Below are positions 26,228-41,200 of a stretch of 64,000 bases of DNA, piece by piece. Below the pieces are notes generated by a model. That model saw only the letters and a program-made list of their open reading frames with translations. It had not been told where the DNA came from and made no database searches. Each line of letters begins with the position of its first letter. Within the stretch, counting starts at the first letter, position 1. The stretch lies in assembly GCA_040954595.2 (NCBI GenBank), contig CM082576.2, positions 5,740,760-5,804,759 on the forward strand. The letters are read 5' to 3'. Source of the DNA: Balanoglossus misakiensis. Lineage: Eukaryota > Animalia > Hemichordata. The translations under genes and the position numbers were made by a program.

Positions 26228-29200
26228 CTAGAAGTCCTTCCGTTTGAGGATTTCGGGAATTTCGATGCCAAGATACTGTAGAAGTTCAAAGTAGGACCAT
26301 ATAAAGGCCGGGTTGATGTCCTGTGTATGGTCCAGTCCATGGGCCTCTGACTGCAAACTTCTGTTGAACATGAGCCTTGCTTCCAGCTCCTTCTGCTTCC
26401 TGGCCAGTTCTCGGGCGAGTCTCTCCGCCTCCGCTTGTCTGATCTTGGCCTCCTCCTCTCGCCGTATTCTCTCCTCGTGCTCACGGCGCAACCTTTCCTC
26501 TTCCTCTTCGCGTTTCCTCTTCTCGTATTCCAGCCTCTCTGCCTCTTCCATCTGTGCCAGCATCTCTTCCTCGAGTCGCCGTCTCTCAGCCTCTTCCTGA
26601 CGACGGCGTTCCTCCTCCACTGTGGACAAATAGTCAGGAAAGTCAGGAATCATTCAACAAATTACAAGGGTACTCAATGATTATATACTGAATTTGGAGA
26701 TCTGGTTTAATTCAGTCATTTTACCACTCATTAGACATATGAATGCTCAGTGCAATGGTACATTTTTTTCCCAGGGAATTGAAGTAGACAGGTAAAACAA
26801 AATTACTCACATCTTTTCCTCTCTTCTTCTTCCTTCATCCTCTTTGCCATTTCTTCCATCTTTCTCCGGTATTCTTCTCTTTCCCTCTTTTCCCTCTCCT
26901 CTCTCAGTCTCTGCAATCTCTCGCGTTCCATTTCTTCCTGTTCAAGTCTCAACTTCTCCTGCTCGTCACGTTCACGCTTCAATCTGAATGAAAGCGACAA
27001 AAACAACAACTTGAGTTAGATCGGCGTAAAAGTCCATTCTCCGATGATCAATCTGACATTTCCAAGTACACAGCAACAAGCATATAGTGTGATTACAGTT
27101 GGGTCTTCATTTCTCACATGCAGATCTTTCAATCAATATTTATCTGACATAAAGCTAGAATATATCAGGTCTGAAATTCAACCTTAGTTCCTCCTCTCTC
27201 CTTCTTCTCTCCTCCTCAAATTCTTTCTTCATCAGTTCCGCCCTCTCTGCCTCCTCCTGGGCTCGACGTTTCGCTTCTTCCCTCTCCCTGCGCTTCCTCT
27301 CCACGGCCAGTCGTCTCTTTTCCGCCTCGGCTGCCCTCTTGGCAGCTTTGGCCTGAGACCGGCTGGGACCACCGGGACCACTCGCACCAGAATCCTGATA
27401 AATTTGAGAAAAACAAAGAAATAATCAACCCCCGAGATAAATTGCGCCACCAGTCATTTTTATTTTCCACCCAAATTAAACTATAATTATGACCGATTTA
27501 TTGAAATATCAATGGATGACATGGAATGTGGGTTATGTTGTTAATGATTTATGAAACATTTAAACAAACATTTAGTGATGACTTAACATGTGAAGATGAG
27601 TTAGATCTGTAACCTTATGGCAATGAAACAATACTTGCATTTTTACACAAAATAACAAACAAAACATTTAGACATGATCTTTTTATAAAACCTTAGATTT
27701 GTTTCCCCTGTTTATAAGCAATCATTATATATTTGTAATTCCGTGATTACGGAAAAGAATAAACAGAATTATTAACATGAAATATAAACAGAGAAATGAT
27801 AAAATGCTGTCCCAGGAAAACTCCACCTGTCATCAACCTCATACCTGTTTTTTTCATGGTACATGTACATGTGTAAAGCCTCATTTGCAAATCGATTTCA
27901 GTCTATGAAGTAGAAGACACTCTCTATACTACGTAAGATCAACTGTGGTGTTCTAGTTTTGACTTCTATGCAATGAAATGTCTGCAAAATTTCACATTCT
28001 TGCCTGTTCTGCAGGCAATTCATGAATTTGATTTGGGACTGCATTCCACTCACTAGGGTAAATTAATTGTCCCTTTATAAAATCAGGGACAAAGGCTGCA
28101 GTGACCCAACCAGACCAGGCAGTTGTGTTTTTTAACAGCATCTATAGAATGTCACAGCTGAGGGCAATGCTATTACAGGGTCATGCTAATACACTGTTGT
28201 ATGCTCTCAGTATGGCAGTTACCAGTATATCATGCACAAATAATGCATAAAGAGTGCTTTATATAACTAAAACAAGATGTCTGCTAGACAGCTGATCCAA
28301 AGTATTCCATCTGTGTTATATTTATACTCACGCATTTCATCCATATTCACTATTACATGTAAATTATAATGCTATGCTAACCGTGAGACCCTGTTCCTAC
28401 TGTGAGTGCTTCAAAATTTGCATTTTACAAGTTTAATTCCTTGCTTAGAAGGTACATTACCTTTCTGGGAAAAGGTATGTATTGAAGATCATATCTACAC
28501 ACAAACTAGACATTATGATTAACAGAGACGTTGCACAATACAAAGGACCATCTCAACTTGGTTAGCTGACGTGTACTTGAATGCGTCACAAATTAAAAGC
28601 ACAAAGTTAGTTTGACTACATGTGAATGTACATTGTAATTTACACTGAGTGTTTCTTTTCTGACGTGGCACAGTCCGTGACCCACACACCTACACATATA
28701 CACACTGTAAGATCGGACGAGAACCAAAACGCTGACAATTGGTTAGTATCTGAACACAACATTTTCTGCTTCTCTAATATCAATGGCATATCTGTCATGG
28801 ACCAGATTAAGAAAAAAATGTTTCAGCATCGCTTTAATGGTCAATTTGTCAATTAAGAGATCTGTCAGGGTTTTTTTTTGAGAATGAAACCCAAACAATG
28901 CAGTCATGCCATTACAATACGATCTGAAGCAAGTTTAGCACAGCAAAGCATTTATTTGAACGCATAAACAATTTTCTGTGCAGGATCAGACATGATTTTC
29001 TTCCAAGCAAATCCTGCCCCAAACAGACCAGTTGCAAAAAGGGTTCATTCACCGCCAGTGGGGAGGCACTATTTTTTGACATCCAAAATGAAACAGCACT
29101 CCATGGTTCCCCTGAGTTGTTGTTGTCGAGTAAATTCATCAGAAAGTGACAAGAATATCCTTTATTTTTCGGTACATTGTAGTAATAGCAAAATAAGAAC

Positions 29201-32200
29201 TTCAGCAAGAAAAAAGACATGGCGATTTGCAACTGGTCTTACAGACTGGGAAACTACCTCTGTGTATTCAGAACCCTCAAATTCTGTGGTGCCACCAGAG
29301 CCATCGTCCTCAGTAGGGGCGACATCGTCATGCAAATCATCTGGTTCTACTTCAGGTTCTGACTCAGGGGTTGGCGGGAAAGAGTCGGGAACTCGGTAGT
29401 ATATCTTGATGATTGGACAAAATGGCGGGTATGAATTATGGTGGACGGCAAAGTACTCGGAGCAGCATCATTAGTCGTTTTAGAAGCAAAGCAAAGCAAA
29501 GCCAACCAGTGTTAATTCATTGCCAGACTTATATTAATTCACAACGTTCAGGAGAGAGACTTAGCTTTATATGGTTTACTATCACATTCATTTTTCTCAT
29601 ATACTCATAGATCATTATCTTACACTGTAGTATGAAATTTCATATTATTTATCAAAGCATTCATACTTTCAAATATAAGAAATGCATTTTGATAAAAAAT
29701 CTTTCAACTTTTATATATTTTTTTAAACAGATGTCACAGTCCCTGCATAGGGCTCTGACATCATGACAACATTTTTCTTTCTTCTTTATTGGTAGAACTA
29801 TTTTTTTTTCAGGTGAGGATCTCATCACAGAAGGTACATTTCCTGATATCCTCTGTCAAAAATTATTGGCATTAATATTTGGTTCAGTTGACAATATTCT
29901 GTCATATCAGGAATCTCTACTTTCAAGTTTACTGGTCCTGATAGTATATATCCTTTTCAGTTTCTTTTAAGTGGAAATGCAAAACCTGTTGAAAGGAAAA
30001 CTTGGAGGAAAGCACATCTGGTACAAAACGGTTACCAGAAAAAGGTTGAATCTTCAGAATAAAAAATGTCAAGAAATCACTTCAACAGGCACAACAAAAA
30101 CACACTACTGGTGAAAATGGGCATGCAAATGCGTGTGTATGGAAACACAAAAGAAAATTTAAGTGACTAAAAACACTGAAAATGAAAACTTGGAAACACA
30201 CTGGTGCATTTTGGTGTCTAAGGTGTGGTTTGAACACGCTGAAAATATGAAAGGTCAAAAATGAGGGGATCAAAAATTGGGGGGGGGGGTTGAAAAGAAG
30301 TAAAAAATTATCACGCTATATTCTACCTCCTCTTCCTCCTCCTCCTCCTCCGGCTCATCAAGAAAACTGAGCTCTGAACCCTCCAAGTCCTTTTTTAAAA
30401 GCATGCAGGAAAGAATAGATCAGTCGTTATATGTGTTCTTTGAGTAAAAAAAACATGCAATTCTGTACTGGAAGAAACATACTTTAAAAATGTGACAATA
30501 CGTGAAAAATAGTGGTCTGTTTACAGCAGTGTTGAGTTGCTGCTGTTTAAGTTTGGTGCTAGTATCACAGAGGTGACATTTCAGCTATTATTATATGAAG
30601 AGTGGTAAAAAGGCTGTAAGAGATCAAGAATTTAACACAGAACACAGATAAGGTGTCCTCACACTTTAAAATAGTAGACTAGGATACAGAGCCAAAATGT
30701 GGCATTCAAGGCATGCATTGGATATTTTGTAAAAAAACATAAAAAACACAAATCTTTTAATAGCGTTGATGAGCAATTAAAAGGACTTTCTGAAAACCCT
30801 GCAGTTTGTATAATTGTCTCATTACATTGATTGACCTTGTTGAGTGAACAGACATGACATCAATAAATCGGTTCGTTTTGCTCTCCTTGAGGTGCTTTGT
30901 TTCAAAGAAAGAGGTTCTATCGACCATGAAGAAACCAACATCCTAAGGACAAGATGTGATGAGATAAGTCATACTCGTTTTGGGGGTCATTTTTTCATGC
31001 CATGCAAGTTCTCGGACATTCGGGTATTGAGTGATGTTAGCTTATACAGAGAAATATTCACAATAGCAAATCCTTTTTGAAAAGTACTTTGGAGGATCAT
31101 CGGTAGTAATTAGCATGCAGCAGTTACCACAGCAATCCACACATTTTTCCCACTGACCTTTGACCCATAATAATATTTGTGTTAGTAATTTTCCTTTGTT
31201 TTCACACAAGGGATAACACAATCAAACTTAGATATAATTTACTCCATTCTATGTATTATTATCAAGACCACTTTCATAATTCTTAAATTATTATTCTCTG
31301 AGCTGGTAAGGTCAAAAACGTTAATACATGTATTCTGATTGGTTAACCATAGAAAAACCAGATGTGACTTAAGACATGAACATCTGTAATTAAGACATAT
31401 TTCAATCCTTGCCACCAGAATCAATACTATCACTCAGATAATGACTTCCTGTGGGTGACAAGAGTTTCACAATAAACTTTCGTGGAACATTAAGGAGGTA
31501 CGCTACCATTCAAATTAATGTCCGGATAGCCATACAGTCAGTGAAACATAACCCAATGATAATATATAGGCATCCATTAAAATTCCTCCAGGTCGAGGTA
31601 TTTTGTTCCTTAGAAGACCTTACCTCATCAAACTGTGGGGAGGCTTCATCCTCTCGGTCTACGTCTTCTGGAGTTTGTGGTTCCGGTGGCAATGGTGTCT
31701 CTTCCTTGACGGGCGTGGCAACCGGAGTGGGCTCCTTTTCCACGACTTCAGGTTCTGTGTGCGGGAAAACCAGTTACTTCTTTCCACTAAACTTCAGATT
31801 GCAATGTGATATTAGATTACTGTAGGACAGTAACATCTCATTTTTCAACACACATTGGAGTACGACGTTCGGCTTTTTCTTTGGAAACATACATAGTACC
31901 GGTACTATACTGTTTGAATGAAAGGATCTAATTTCTCTGATAGTGTATGTGATCATCAAAGTTCCGGTCGCTGATTGATATTGACATAATCTTAGTTCAT
32001 TTCATATTGATATTAATATAAGATTTACATATTATTATTGTTATGTAACGTCCAAATACCTGGAGTTGGTGTTTTCTCTTTGGGCGTTTCTGGTTTCTTC
32101 ACAGGTTCCTCCGGTTCTTTGACTTCCTTCTCTTCCTTCTCTGGTTTTGGTTTTGCAGTTTTCTTCTTCTTTGGTTCAGCTTTCTTTTTCTCCTTGGTTG

Positions 32201-35200
32201 GAGATGTTTCCTTTTTCTTCTTCTTTTTCTCAGCTTTAGGGGCAGTTGCTGCGTTGGAGAGAGACAGGATTGAATGTCCGGAATAATTTCTGGGAAACGT
32301 TGCCACATTTTTCTGACTTGTATAATATACTGTAACAGTACAATCCCAGTGTATTCAGTGGTGTGGTGGTTTTTTGCAAGGTGAAGTCAGTACTTTTGGC
32401 ATCACTTTTGGTTTGTGCATGTAAACATTTTCAGTAGCTGTAGCAATATCCACAATCATTTGAAACTTCTGATACATGAGAACTACTTTGAACATGAAAA
32501 TTGCACATTTACTCTGCCATGTACCCTGCATACAAAACTGCAACTACATCGACAGACTTGTATATGTTTAAAACATCATACAAACCTTCTTTCTTTGGAG
32601 TTGCTGAAGGTATTTTGGGTTGCAGGAACTCATCCTGGGGTTTCTCCTTTGGTTTGCCTGGAAACGGGAATAAAAGGTGGCCATTACTACTGACGTACAA
32701 AAGGTGTAAACACGGAAGAGGCCTAGCACCAGCTTTCCAGTTCTCTTACAATTCGTGAGCTGCAGTGAATATAACCAGAATATCTTCATTTCTTTCTGGT
32801 CTAATCTGTCAAGACTATGACCTGCTACTGCAAATCTTAAGCTCAACGGAAATGCTGTCGAGAAGTCAACGTCAAAAGCAGTGCATTTCACACATGAAGC
32901 ATGGCTGGCCAGTTCAGCCCAACACATTTGATAATGATTGAACCAGTGATCCACATCAACCCCTAAAAGACTTCGAGATTGTGGCAACTGACAGATCAAA
33001 CTGCCTCTCTATAGTTGAATGTCTCAATCAACAATCCTGATGCTTACTTTTCTTCATAACTTTCAGTCAAGGAAACGCAAGATATGTGTGTTGATATTTC
33101 AATGTCATGACATGTTCTGCATTTTCACACACCCAAATGTCACAAACACAAACAAACAGCAAACAGAAGAAGGAAAGATATAGCAATACAGCAACAAATC
33201 AAATTTCCCTCAATCAAGGAAGGAACGTGAGCACATAATGCCACAAGTGACAGCAGAAGAATATGTGGGAAATGATCAGCATGTGCATATATAGATAGAA
33301 GGGGAAGGGAAGACACAGCAATGTCAATCGGGAGAGAATTCCGGTGCTTATTACTACACCTTCTTCATCATTGGTATCAACCACAGACTTTTCAACATAT
33401 TCAATTAAGTCGGTGACATTATTCATTTCTCCATCGTCTGTTTCCATATCGACTATTTCTCCGCCATCTTTCTCTGTCTCACTTTTTTCTGAGACAACTT
33501 TCTCTGTTTCAGCTGATTCTGAGTCAGTTTTCTCTTCCTGATCTACTTCCGGCTCATTTACATCATTCTCGTCAACACCTGTGTTGACTTCCTCCATCAC
33601 AAGCAATTTACTATCAGCTTTCTTAATTGACCTTTTCCGGGCAGTGTCAGGCCGTTTCATTACAGGCTCTGGCTCAATCTTCTCCTTTGGTTTCCCTGGA
33701 TTTGTGTGTGTGTGTGTGTGTGCACATTGTGTGCGGTATAGAATACAGCATTTACATGCAAGTACATGCAAGACAGTCACACACAGATACACATCCAGGT
33801 ATGTAGGAAAGAACTTGTAACAAGCAGCTTGAAAAACTTAAAAAAAAATACAAGATTTCTTGTAAATTTGTCTGTCTGTCTGTCTGTCTGACTTTTTCAC
33901 TGGCTGTCTCCATCTGTATGTCTGAGTGCGTGCACACATGTGTCTCGATCAACCTATATATTACATACTTTTAGTATAACAAGTCATGTTTACATGTTTG
34001 TAAATTGACATATCTGCTCCAAATTTATTTTTTTCTCTACTTACCTACAACAAATCTCTCCTTCTTTTCTTTTTCAGCTGAACCTTTACTCTTGGAACTA
34101 CGACGGCTCTCTGCTTCCTTTTTCTTCTTCTCTTCCTCCTCCTCCTCTCGCTTCTTTCTTTCTGCTTCTTCTTGTTCTGCTTTCTTTCTTGCATCTTCCG
34201 CCTTCTTCCTTTCTTTTTCTGCTGCGGCCGCTGCTTCCTCCGCTTCTTTCTTTGCCCGTTCCCGTTCGTCGGCGCTGGAATGTCTGCTGTGCTGCGACTT
34301 GGCTGATTTTCTCTTCTCATCCACGGGCTTCGCTCCGTAGTGTGTGATGTCCAAGTTGAGTTCGTCGGTGTGTGTTCCTTTCTCAGCTGGAATCGACTTT
34401 GCGCCTGTACGAGACAAAATCAACTCAAGTTTAGATCAACAGTCAATTTGGTTTGCCCGGTTGGACTTCTATGTTCCAACTCCCTGGCAATATTTGGAAT
34501 CTTACTTCTACCAGTGACGGTACTGATTCTATACGTGTAGCCATAATAGAACACCAGAATTTCATTGGACTCTGTATGGTACAAACAACACCAAGAGCAT
34601 AAATGATCACAGGCACATACTCCCATATTCATTTATGCATCTTTGTTTTGTTTGTATAGCCCTTTTGTGAATCTGATTTAATGGGTGGAAAGAGAAAAAC
34701 CAATCATGTCTTCAAAACAACTGAGTATCAGTTGCTATTACAAACAATAATATATTTACTCCAATAAAAACCCATTTAAAACACACCCAAATGTTAAATA
34801 AGCAAATTTTAACTTAAACATGTAATAAATTTTCTGTGATGCATGCAATGAGTTTGAAGAATGAGTTAGTTGAATATTGTCTTGGTGTGTGTGATTATTG
34901 ACGTAATGACAGATGGAGAAAACATGACCATTGTAGTGTGTGATGGTGGTGGAGTGGTGATGCTGTGAGATGCAGTCATCTTCTGCAGAGTTCTACTCCA
35001 ACTGAGAATATCCTAATGTGCATACTTGTGTGAGTGCACTGGTGCTTCATGTTGTTATGTTTGCACAGAGTTTTCGGCTATGGGGTACGTGCATCATCAG
35101 TGCTCAAAGTATGTGTTTGTCTGATACTCAAACCTGGTGTCAGCAAGCAAGGGTGCTGTCATACCCACAGATACATATTTGTGTGGGGTTGCATGCAGGT

Positions 35201-38200
35201 TTACGTGTTAAACTGAGTGATTAGTAATACATAATACCTTTGAATGCTCTCTTCCCTGTTAAAATAGGACAAGTAAGACAGGATGTAATGAAAGTTACAT
35301 TTGTTAGTACACATAGGTCCATAGCACAAATAAGATTTTGGCAAAGAGAATACATTTGAAAGAAAGTTTGCATGCATCACGATTGAATATTTTGTGTTTT
35401 GTATCGTTCATTTGAATTTCACATCACACGCACGCACTCACTCACTCACTCAAACACTAGCTCAATCATGAAATAGTGCTTCCTCAATAGTGGTGATATT
35501 TGTGTGAAAATAGACCTGGTTGAATTGCCATGATTGACGTTCTGTGAGTTTAATCAAAAAGGCTGAAAAACTGAAGTGATATATTTTGTGTATGGCATGG
35601 TAAAGGGTGTGGGGTGTCATGTGATCACATGGTAGGGCACAAAATGGCGTGCGTGGTAGTTTCCATTATGATGGGGTTTGTGTGATGGATGGTTCATGTG
35701 CCAGTCGCTGTGCTGTGAGAGAAAAATGTGGAATGGTTTGTGGGATATAGGAACTAGGCACATTGCCAGTCATGGAATGCAGGGAAGTGAAAATGACTGA
35801 TTGTCACATATTGAACCTGTAACCCATTATCATTACATTGCAAAGTCTTCCATCTTATCAGGCCATGCATTAAATCTTGACTCTAACTAAGCATGTACAA
35901 GATAATGAACTGTAGTGGTGTGAAAATACCGATTGACACCACTTGTTCTGTAAGATTAACTTGACGTGTGCATAAAATGGGATCAAGTACGGTGATTCTG
36001 GGGTAAAACCTTAGTCGTTACAAGCTGGGGATGGTGTAAACCAAGTGGTGACTTACATACAGGTCATGTGTAATCATATTAACACTGTGCAGTGTCTGGA
36101 GATACTTGGCGTACGGTGGCGCGCAGAATGAGGCAATTCAAGCCATGCATTAACAAACTGATGTAACATCACACAGTTGCCACGGCAACTCGGACTCACT
36201 TGCTGGATGGTAAATATGACCTTGTTTGACCCCACCCATAGCATCTTGTATGCTCTTGTTGCTATGAGCGCTTCTGACGCTTCTGGCCGGACTGCCGGAG
36301 CGGATGCTCTGTGTGTCCGTCGTCGCTCCGTCGACTTCCGGTGTCTTCTCCTTCTCCGAGAGCACAGACCCGGCTCTTGACGTTTCATCCGGCTGGGCTT
36401 CTCCGGTGTCATCTTCCTTCATTTCCGACCCTATTTCTGATTCCGCCTTTTCTAAGGCCCGGGCTCTTTCCTCGGCTGCCCCTAGAAATTCATTCATGTT
36501 CATTAGGATTGCTGTGGCAACAGAAGGTTTTTCACACTTCCTGTTTGGGTGCACTGACCCTATTTGGTTTCAAACGTGTGGACGAGATTGCATTAGCAAA
36601 GTTTTTCTATCTTTATACGATACAGAAATTAACACTCTATGGAGGCTCACTTCGTTCATGTGTTTGCATACAATTCAATGGCCAATTATTCTATTTGAAC
36701 ACAAATCAAATTCAAGTTGCTGGTTAAAGACCACATGCTGTGTGACAAAAGACAAACGTGTGCCACAGCACGTAATCAAACTAAAGTCCAAAAGCATCAC
36801 ACACAAAAATGTCAAAATCTTGTACTTTTAAAGGTGTAGTGTCATAAAGAATAGTGACAGTTGTCCATTTCAACACAATGTACTTGACTTGTAATACATT
36901 TCTTTGCAGCTTTTGTGTAATGTGTTGAAATGGCAACTCTGGGCAAACAGCAACTTTGAAAAAAGCAATAAAACATAGAGGGGTAACATAAATACATAAA
37001 AGCAAAAACACAAAACCACAAAATGGGCACAGATACATACTTCTCAAAGCATTCTCAATTTCATCAGCATCAAGGAGATCAGAGGCTGAGGAAGAAGCGA
37101 GGTTAAGTTCAATGTCATTGTTAAGGTCAACCTTATCCACCATATTGTGAGATGCGAACTTAACTTTGGCAACATCAATATTCTGAGTTTACCAGACATT
37201 GATGGCAATGATTTCTGGTGTTAAGGATACTATTAATTCACAATTTTTTTTTGACTGGTTACACAACAAAGACTAAAATTCAGAAAATTAGTTTCTATAT
37301 TGCCTGTGCCTAAGAAGGTCACATTCAGTAATATCAATGGTGCCAAAGTTCACGTCAGGTTCAATTATTAAATGTTCAGTGTAAGCGCTTGAAGAAAAGC
37401 TCCAAAAGGACCATAACCAAAAGTGCCACTCTGCCATTCAATTCAGGTTTTGTTGTGAAACATGAACTTTGTCTGGTTTCTACCATAGTTGCTCGAGTTG
37501 GATGGATCTTATGAATATTGTACTGTACATAGAAACATTTTTTTTCTGTTTTCATGAATGATCTGACTTGATTAGCAGTGTGACAGTCTTTTGGGGAAGT
37601 ACTTCACTGGCTCCCAAGTGTCTGAATCAGAGCAATAAGTGTGGTAACATGCCAAAAGCAAATCTTGAGCCTTCAACACATGGGAGCCAAATTGAAGAAA
37701 CTCACATAGCACACCAAATATGAAAATATGTAAAGCAATAGAGAGAGGAACACAGGGAAAATAGTCTTGATTAATCAAATGAATTCACAGACATGCCCTG
37801 TATCATATTAGCTCGAATACATCATTCTTTTAAAAGCCAAATTTCCATGCAGTTTTTGTGAGCAAAGGATGCATAAATTTGCAAAATAAGCATAGTTTCA
37901 TGAATTTGCATATATTTGTATGAAAATCATGCAGCATCATGAATATGAATAGCAAGAAGGCACATGCACAGCAAACTGCAAATCCATACCCTTCAATAAT
38001 TCATGCAAAACCTTGTTACCATTCAAAACCAAATGATCAAAGCACACCAAAACCAAAACCAAACCACACTGTTAAAAAGTGAACTTGTTACTATATCCAG
38101 TATAAAACCATTTCAACTTTAAAGCCCACATGACCCTTTACCTTTAGTGAAATCTACAGCCCTTAAGAATCGAGGGTCTAGAAATAAAAATTTGACAAGC

Positions 38201-41200
38201 CCTTTAATGCAAGAGTACAACACAATAACTGATAATTGACATAACTGAAATATTGGATGTCTTTCCAGGACTGCTGTATAGTAGCTACCTGGATTACAAG
38301 CTCAACATCTGGTCATTATCTTGTACATACTAGTATTACCACATAATATTTTCGAGATCAAACTTATATTCTGCAGACAAATGACGAAAGATTGAAGTTT
38401 TTATTGATAAAACACTCCAGAGAACCAGACCTCATCAAAACCAAAGAGAGACATTTCCATTATTTTACGTATGTAAAAATAAACACAGAAGTTGAGCTTG
38501 CCGATAACTACACACACAGCAGCCATTCAATATACCTTAACCTGTTAACCATGACCATGATGAATTGCTAAACACATTAACCACCAGGAAGATTTCAAAA
38601 CAGTAAACCACACAACAATAAGAATATTCATCCAGTTTAAAACGTTTTGCAATCTATGTATTTAACCCTAGACTTTTTTATTGCGTGATTTACATCAGAT
38701 CTTATAAACATGTTTGAAATCTTCCTGGTAATGACATTTTCAACGGATTTGATAAGTTACATAGCTTTAGAATGACAAATGCTGGACTCGAAATACAATA
38801 TACACTGTACATACAAGTAGGAACCTGTTCAGGTTGTGGAGAAGGCATAGGAGATGTTTGTGCTTCTACAGTTTCCACACGGCCTGAACATCAAAAGGCA
38901 GAAAACATCAAAGGTGATGAAGAGAGCTCCATGGCTGTGTATATTTGCTTCCTTTTGTATGCTTGGCAGAGGTTACAATAGATCATTGTTTTCTTGTTTA
39001 TTACTGCCAAATCATTTTATACCAGTGGCAAGGAGACAAACAGTTTTGGGGAAAACTTTTGATGGGACAGCTCACAAAGCAGTACAAGCTGTACTGGACT
39101 GGTATGTTTTATTTTATATGCTGAAATAAGAAGGATTGTTAGTATCCATGCAGATTAATATCAAAATCAATCACAGTGCGATCCACGATGCAGAGATTTC
39201 AAGATATCTTTGACTTTCATACCTGCTTGTCGTAGTCTTTGTCTGAGCAGAGAAACAGCAGCTTCCGCTGAGTTGCTCTTCTTGTGGGTGATCTTACGTG
39301 GTATTTTTGGTTTCTTCAATCTGGCCTTGCCTGGCCAGTCTGGTCCTTCCTCCTCTGGTAAACTGGATGCAATCTGCAAATCAGAACCGATGCAATGTCA
39401 GTGTATGCTGTGTTGGGTGCAGTAAAGTGATTGGCTGAATTGGAGAAAGAGACAGAGAGCTGTGTTATTCAGTTCTTTGACTTACACTCCATAAGGAATC
39501 TATGGAATTCCTGCGATGCCATTCTTCGGCCGATTTTGTCCTGTTTGGTTGTTCATCGTCTGGTTGGAATAAATCAGCCAGCATTTTGGACCAGAGAGAA
39601 GCTGCAGCCTGCATGAGAAAATAAGACCATATCATGACATGGAACAATGTACATAATTAGATTTGAAGTTTCAGAACGAGAGTTTGTGTAAACTATTCTA
39701 AGAAAGGCATATCAAATTCACATAAAAATGTGGTCAATGACAGACATTTTTCATACAAAACTTGCTGCTTTTTCTTTCAATAACAAGTCATTATGTGTAA
39801 AATTACCTGTGCATCGTTGGCCAAGTTCCGCCCAGAAACCGGTCTCTCCAAGATGGCGGACGCAACAGCCGAAGCGTGATCTTCCAGCTGTTCCATCTGA
39901 GATTTGGTCGACACTCCGGTTTTGGCGGAAATTCCTGACTTGCCAGACTTACTGGACTTCATAGACTTCACTGATTCTGTTCTCGGAGAAAGATGACCCA
40001 CTGGAACTGAGATGTGGCTTTTTTCATCTGAAGAAAAAAGACAACCGAACCACAATGAGAAACTTCCTCCAGTCTTCATATTCACACCAAGTTTCACACC
40101 ACGTAGTGTCACTCATCATATCTTTTACACGTAGGATTACTTGATTTGGTAAAACATTGTTCAAATTTCTATCATTGGTGGACGTTAAATTTTGCAGTTT
40201 TTTAATGTACCCATCAGTTTTGTCATAAGTTTTTTGGATGCTCAATTTTGGACTTTAGGTGTTCAAAATTAGGCCAATAGTCATTATTTTGTAAAATTAT
40301 GAGCATTGCTTTTATCACGGTCAACATTTTATCACACCACACACCCTCTCAAGTCTAAGCCTAATATTACTTTTCTTTTTAGACAAACAAAAATGAACGA
40401 ACAGTCTGTCAAGCTGAAATGTGAGAGACAATCATCAGTACAACAATGAACTACTGTAACTATCATCACAATTGAAAAAAAAAAGATGACAGAACATTAG
40501 ATAGTCTTACACAGACAGAGTCTGATGTCTGAAATGTATTTGAAACCATGAGCTTATTGGTGGTACATGTATGTGTTACATGATATGTACATAAACATGT
40601 TGCATGTATGATATGTAAATGACAACAAATTAACATTAGTACTGAACATGATGACACTGAAATGTACATCAGAACGAGTCTGTCTCAATCTGGAACCTGT
40701 TCTTAATGCACTGCCGTGTAATCCATGATAATACCATCAAACTGGAATTATTTATTAAAGAGTTACGTATTGTCAGTTCTAACAGAGGTTCAGTGTTATC
40801 AACCTGATGGTAATACATCATGGACAGCAAGGAAGTACTTTAAGAACAGGCTATGTTTGCTTTGATAGTGCACCAAGCAACTAGACGTCTTTCAGAGAAC
40901 AACTGTCTGTCCTCTCTGTCAACCTAATGTCTCGCAGAGTAGTGATCACCTGGACACAGGCTAGGCACCCAGTGGCAGTGTGAGTGTCCACCCTGTTTAT
41001 TTGTTTTTCCACAATTTGTGTCTTGGCATGGCCTTCATATTCGATGATGATGTGACATGACAATCAAATCACACCGCTTCAATCGCTATATACCAGACAA
41101 CCTGACTTGACAGAGAGGAATGACAGTAATGCCATGAATAACATCAAGATTCTAAAACACTTTGCAGCATGCAGGCAACACGACAGAAGCTCCCCTGGAA

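Noticed and set aside
26313-34340. Ser/Phe/Leu-rich plus-strand ORFs (26313, 32038, 33344, 34005 and others)
   Set aside because: Antisense shadows of the E/K/R-rich KIAA2012 exons
37215-37230. GTATCCTTAAC on the minus strand, resembling a U12 donor or branch site
   Set aside because: No supported exon boundary uses it; the flanking exons join in frame through ordinary U2 GT-AG sites
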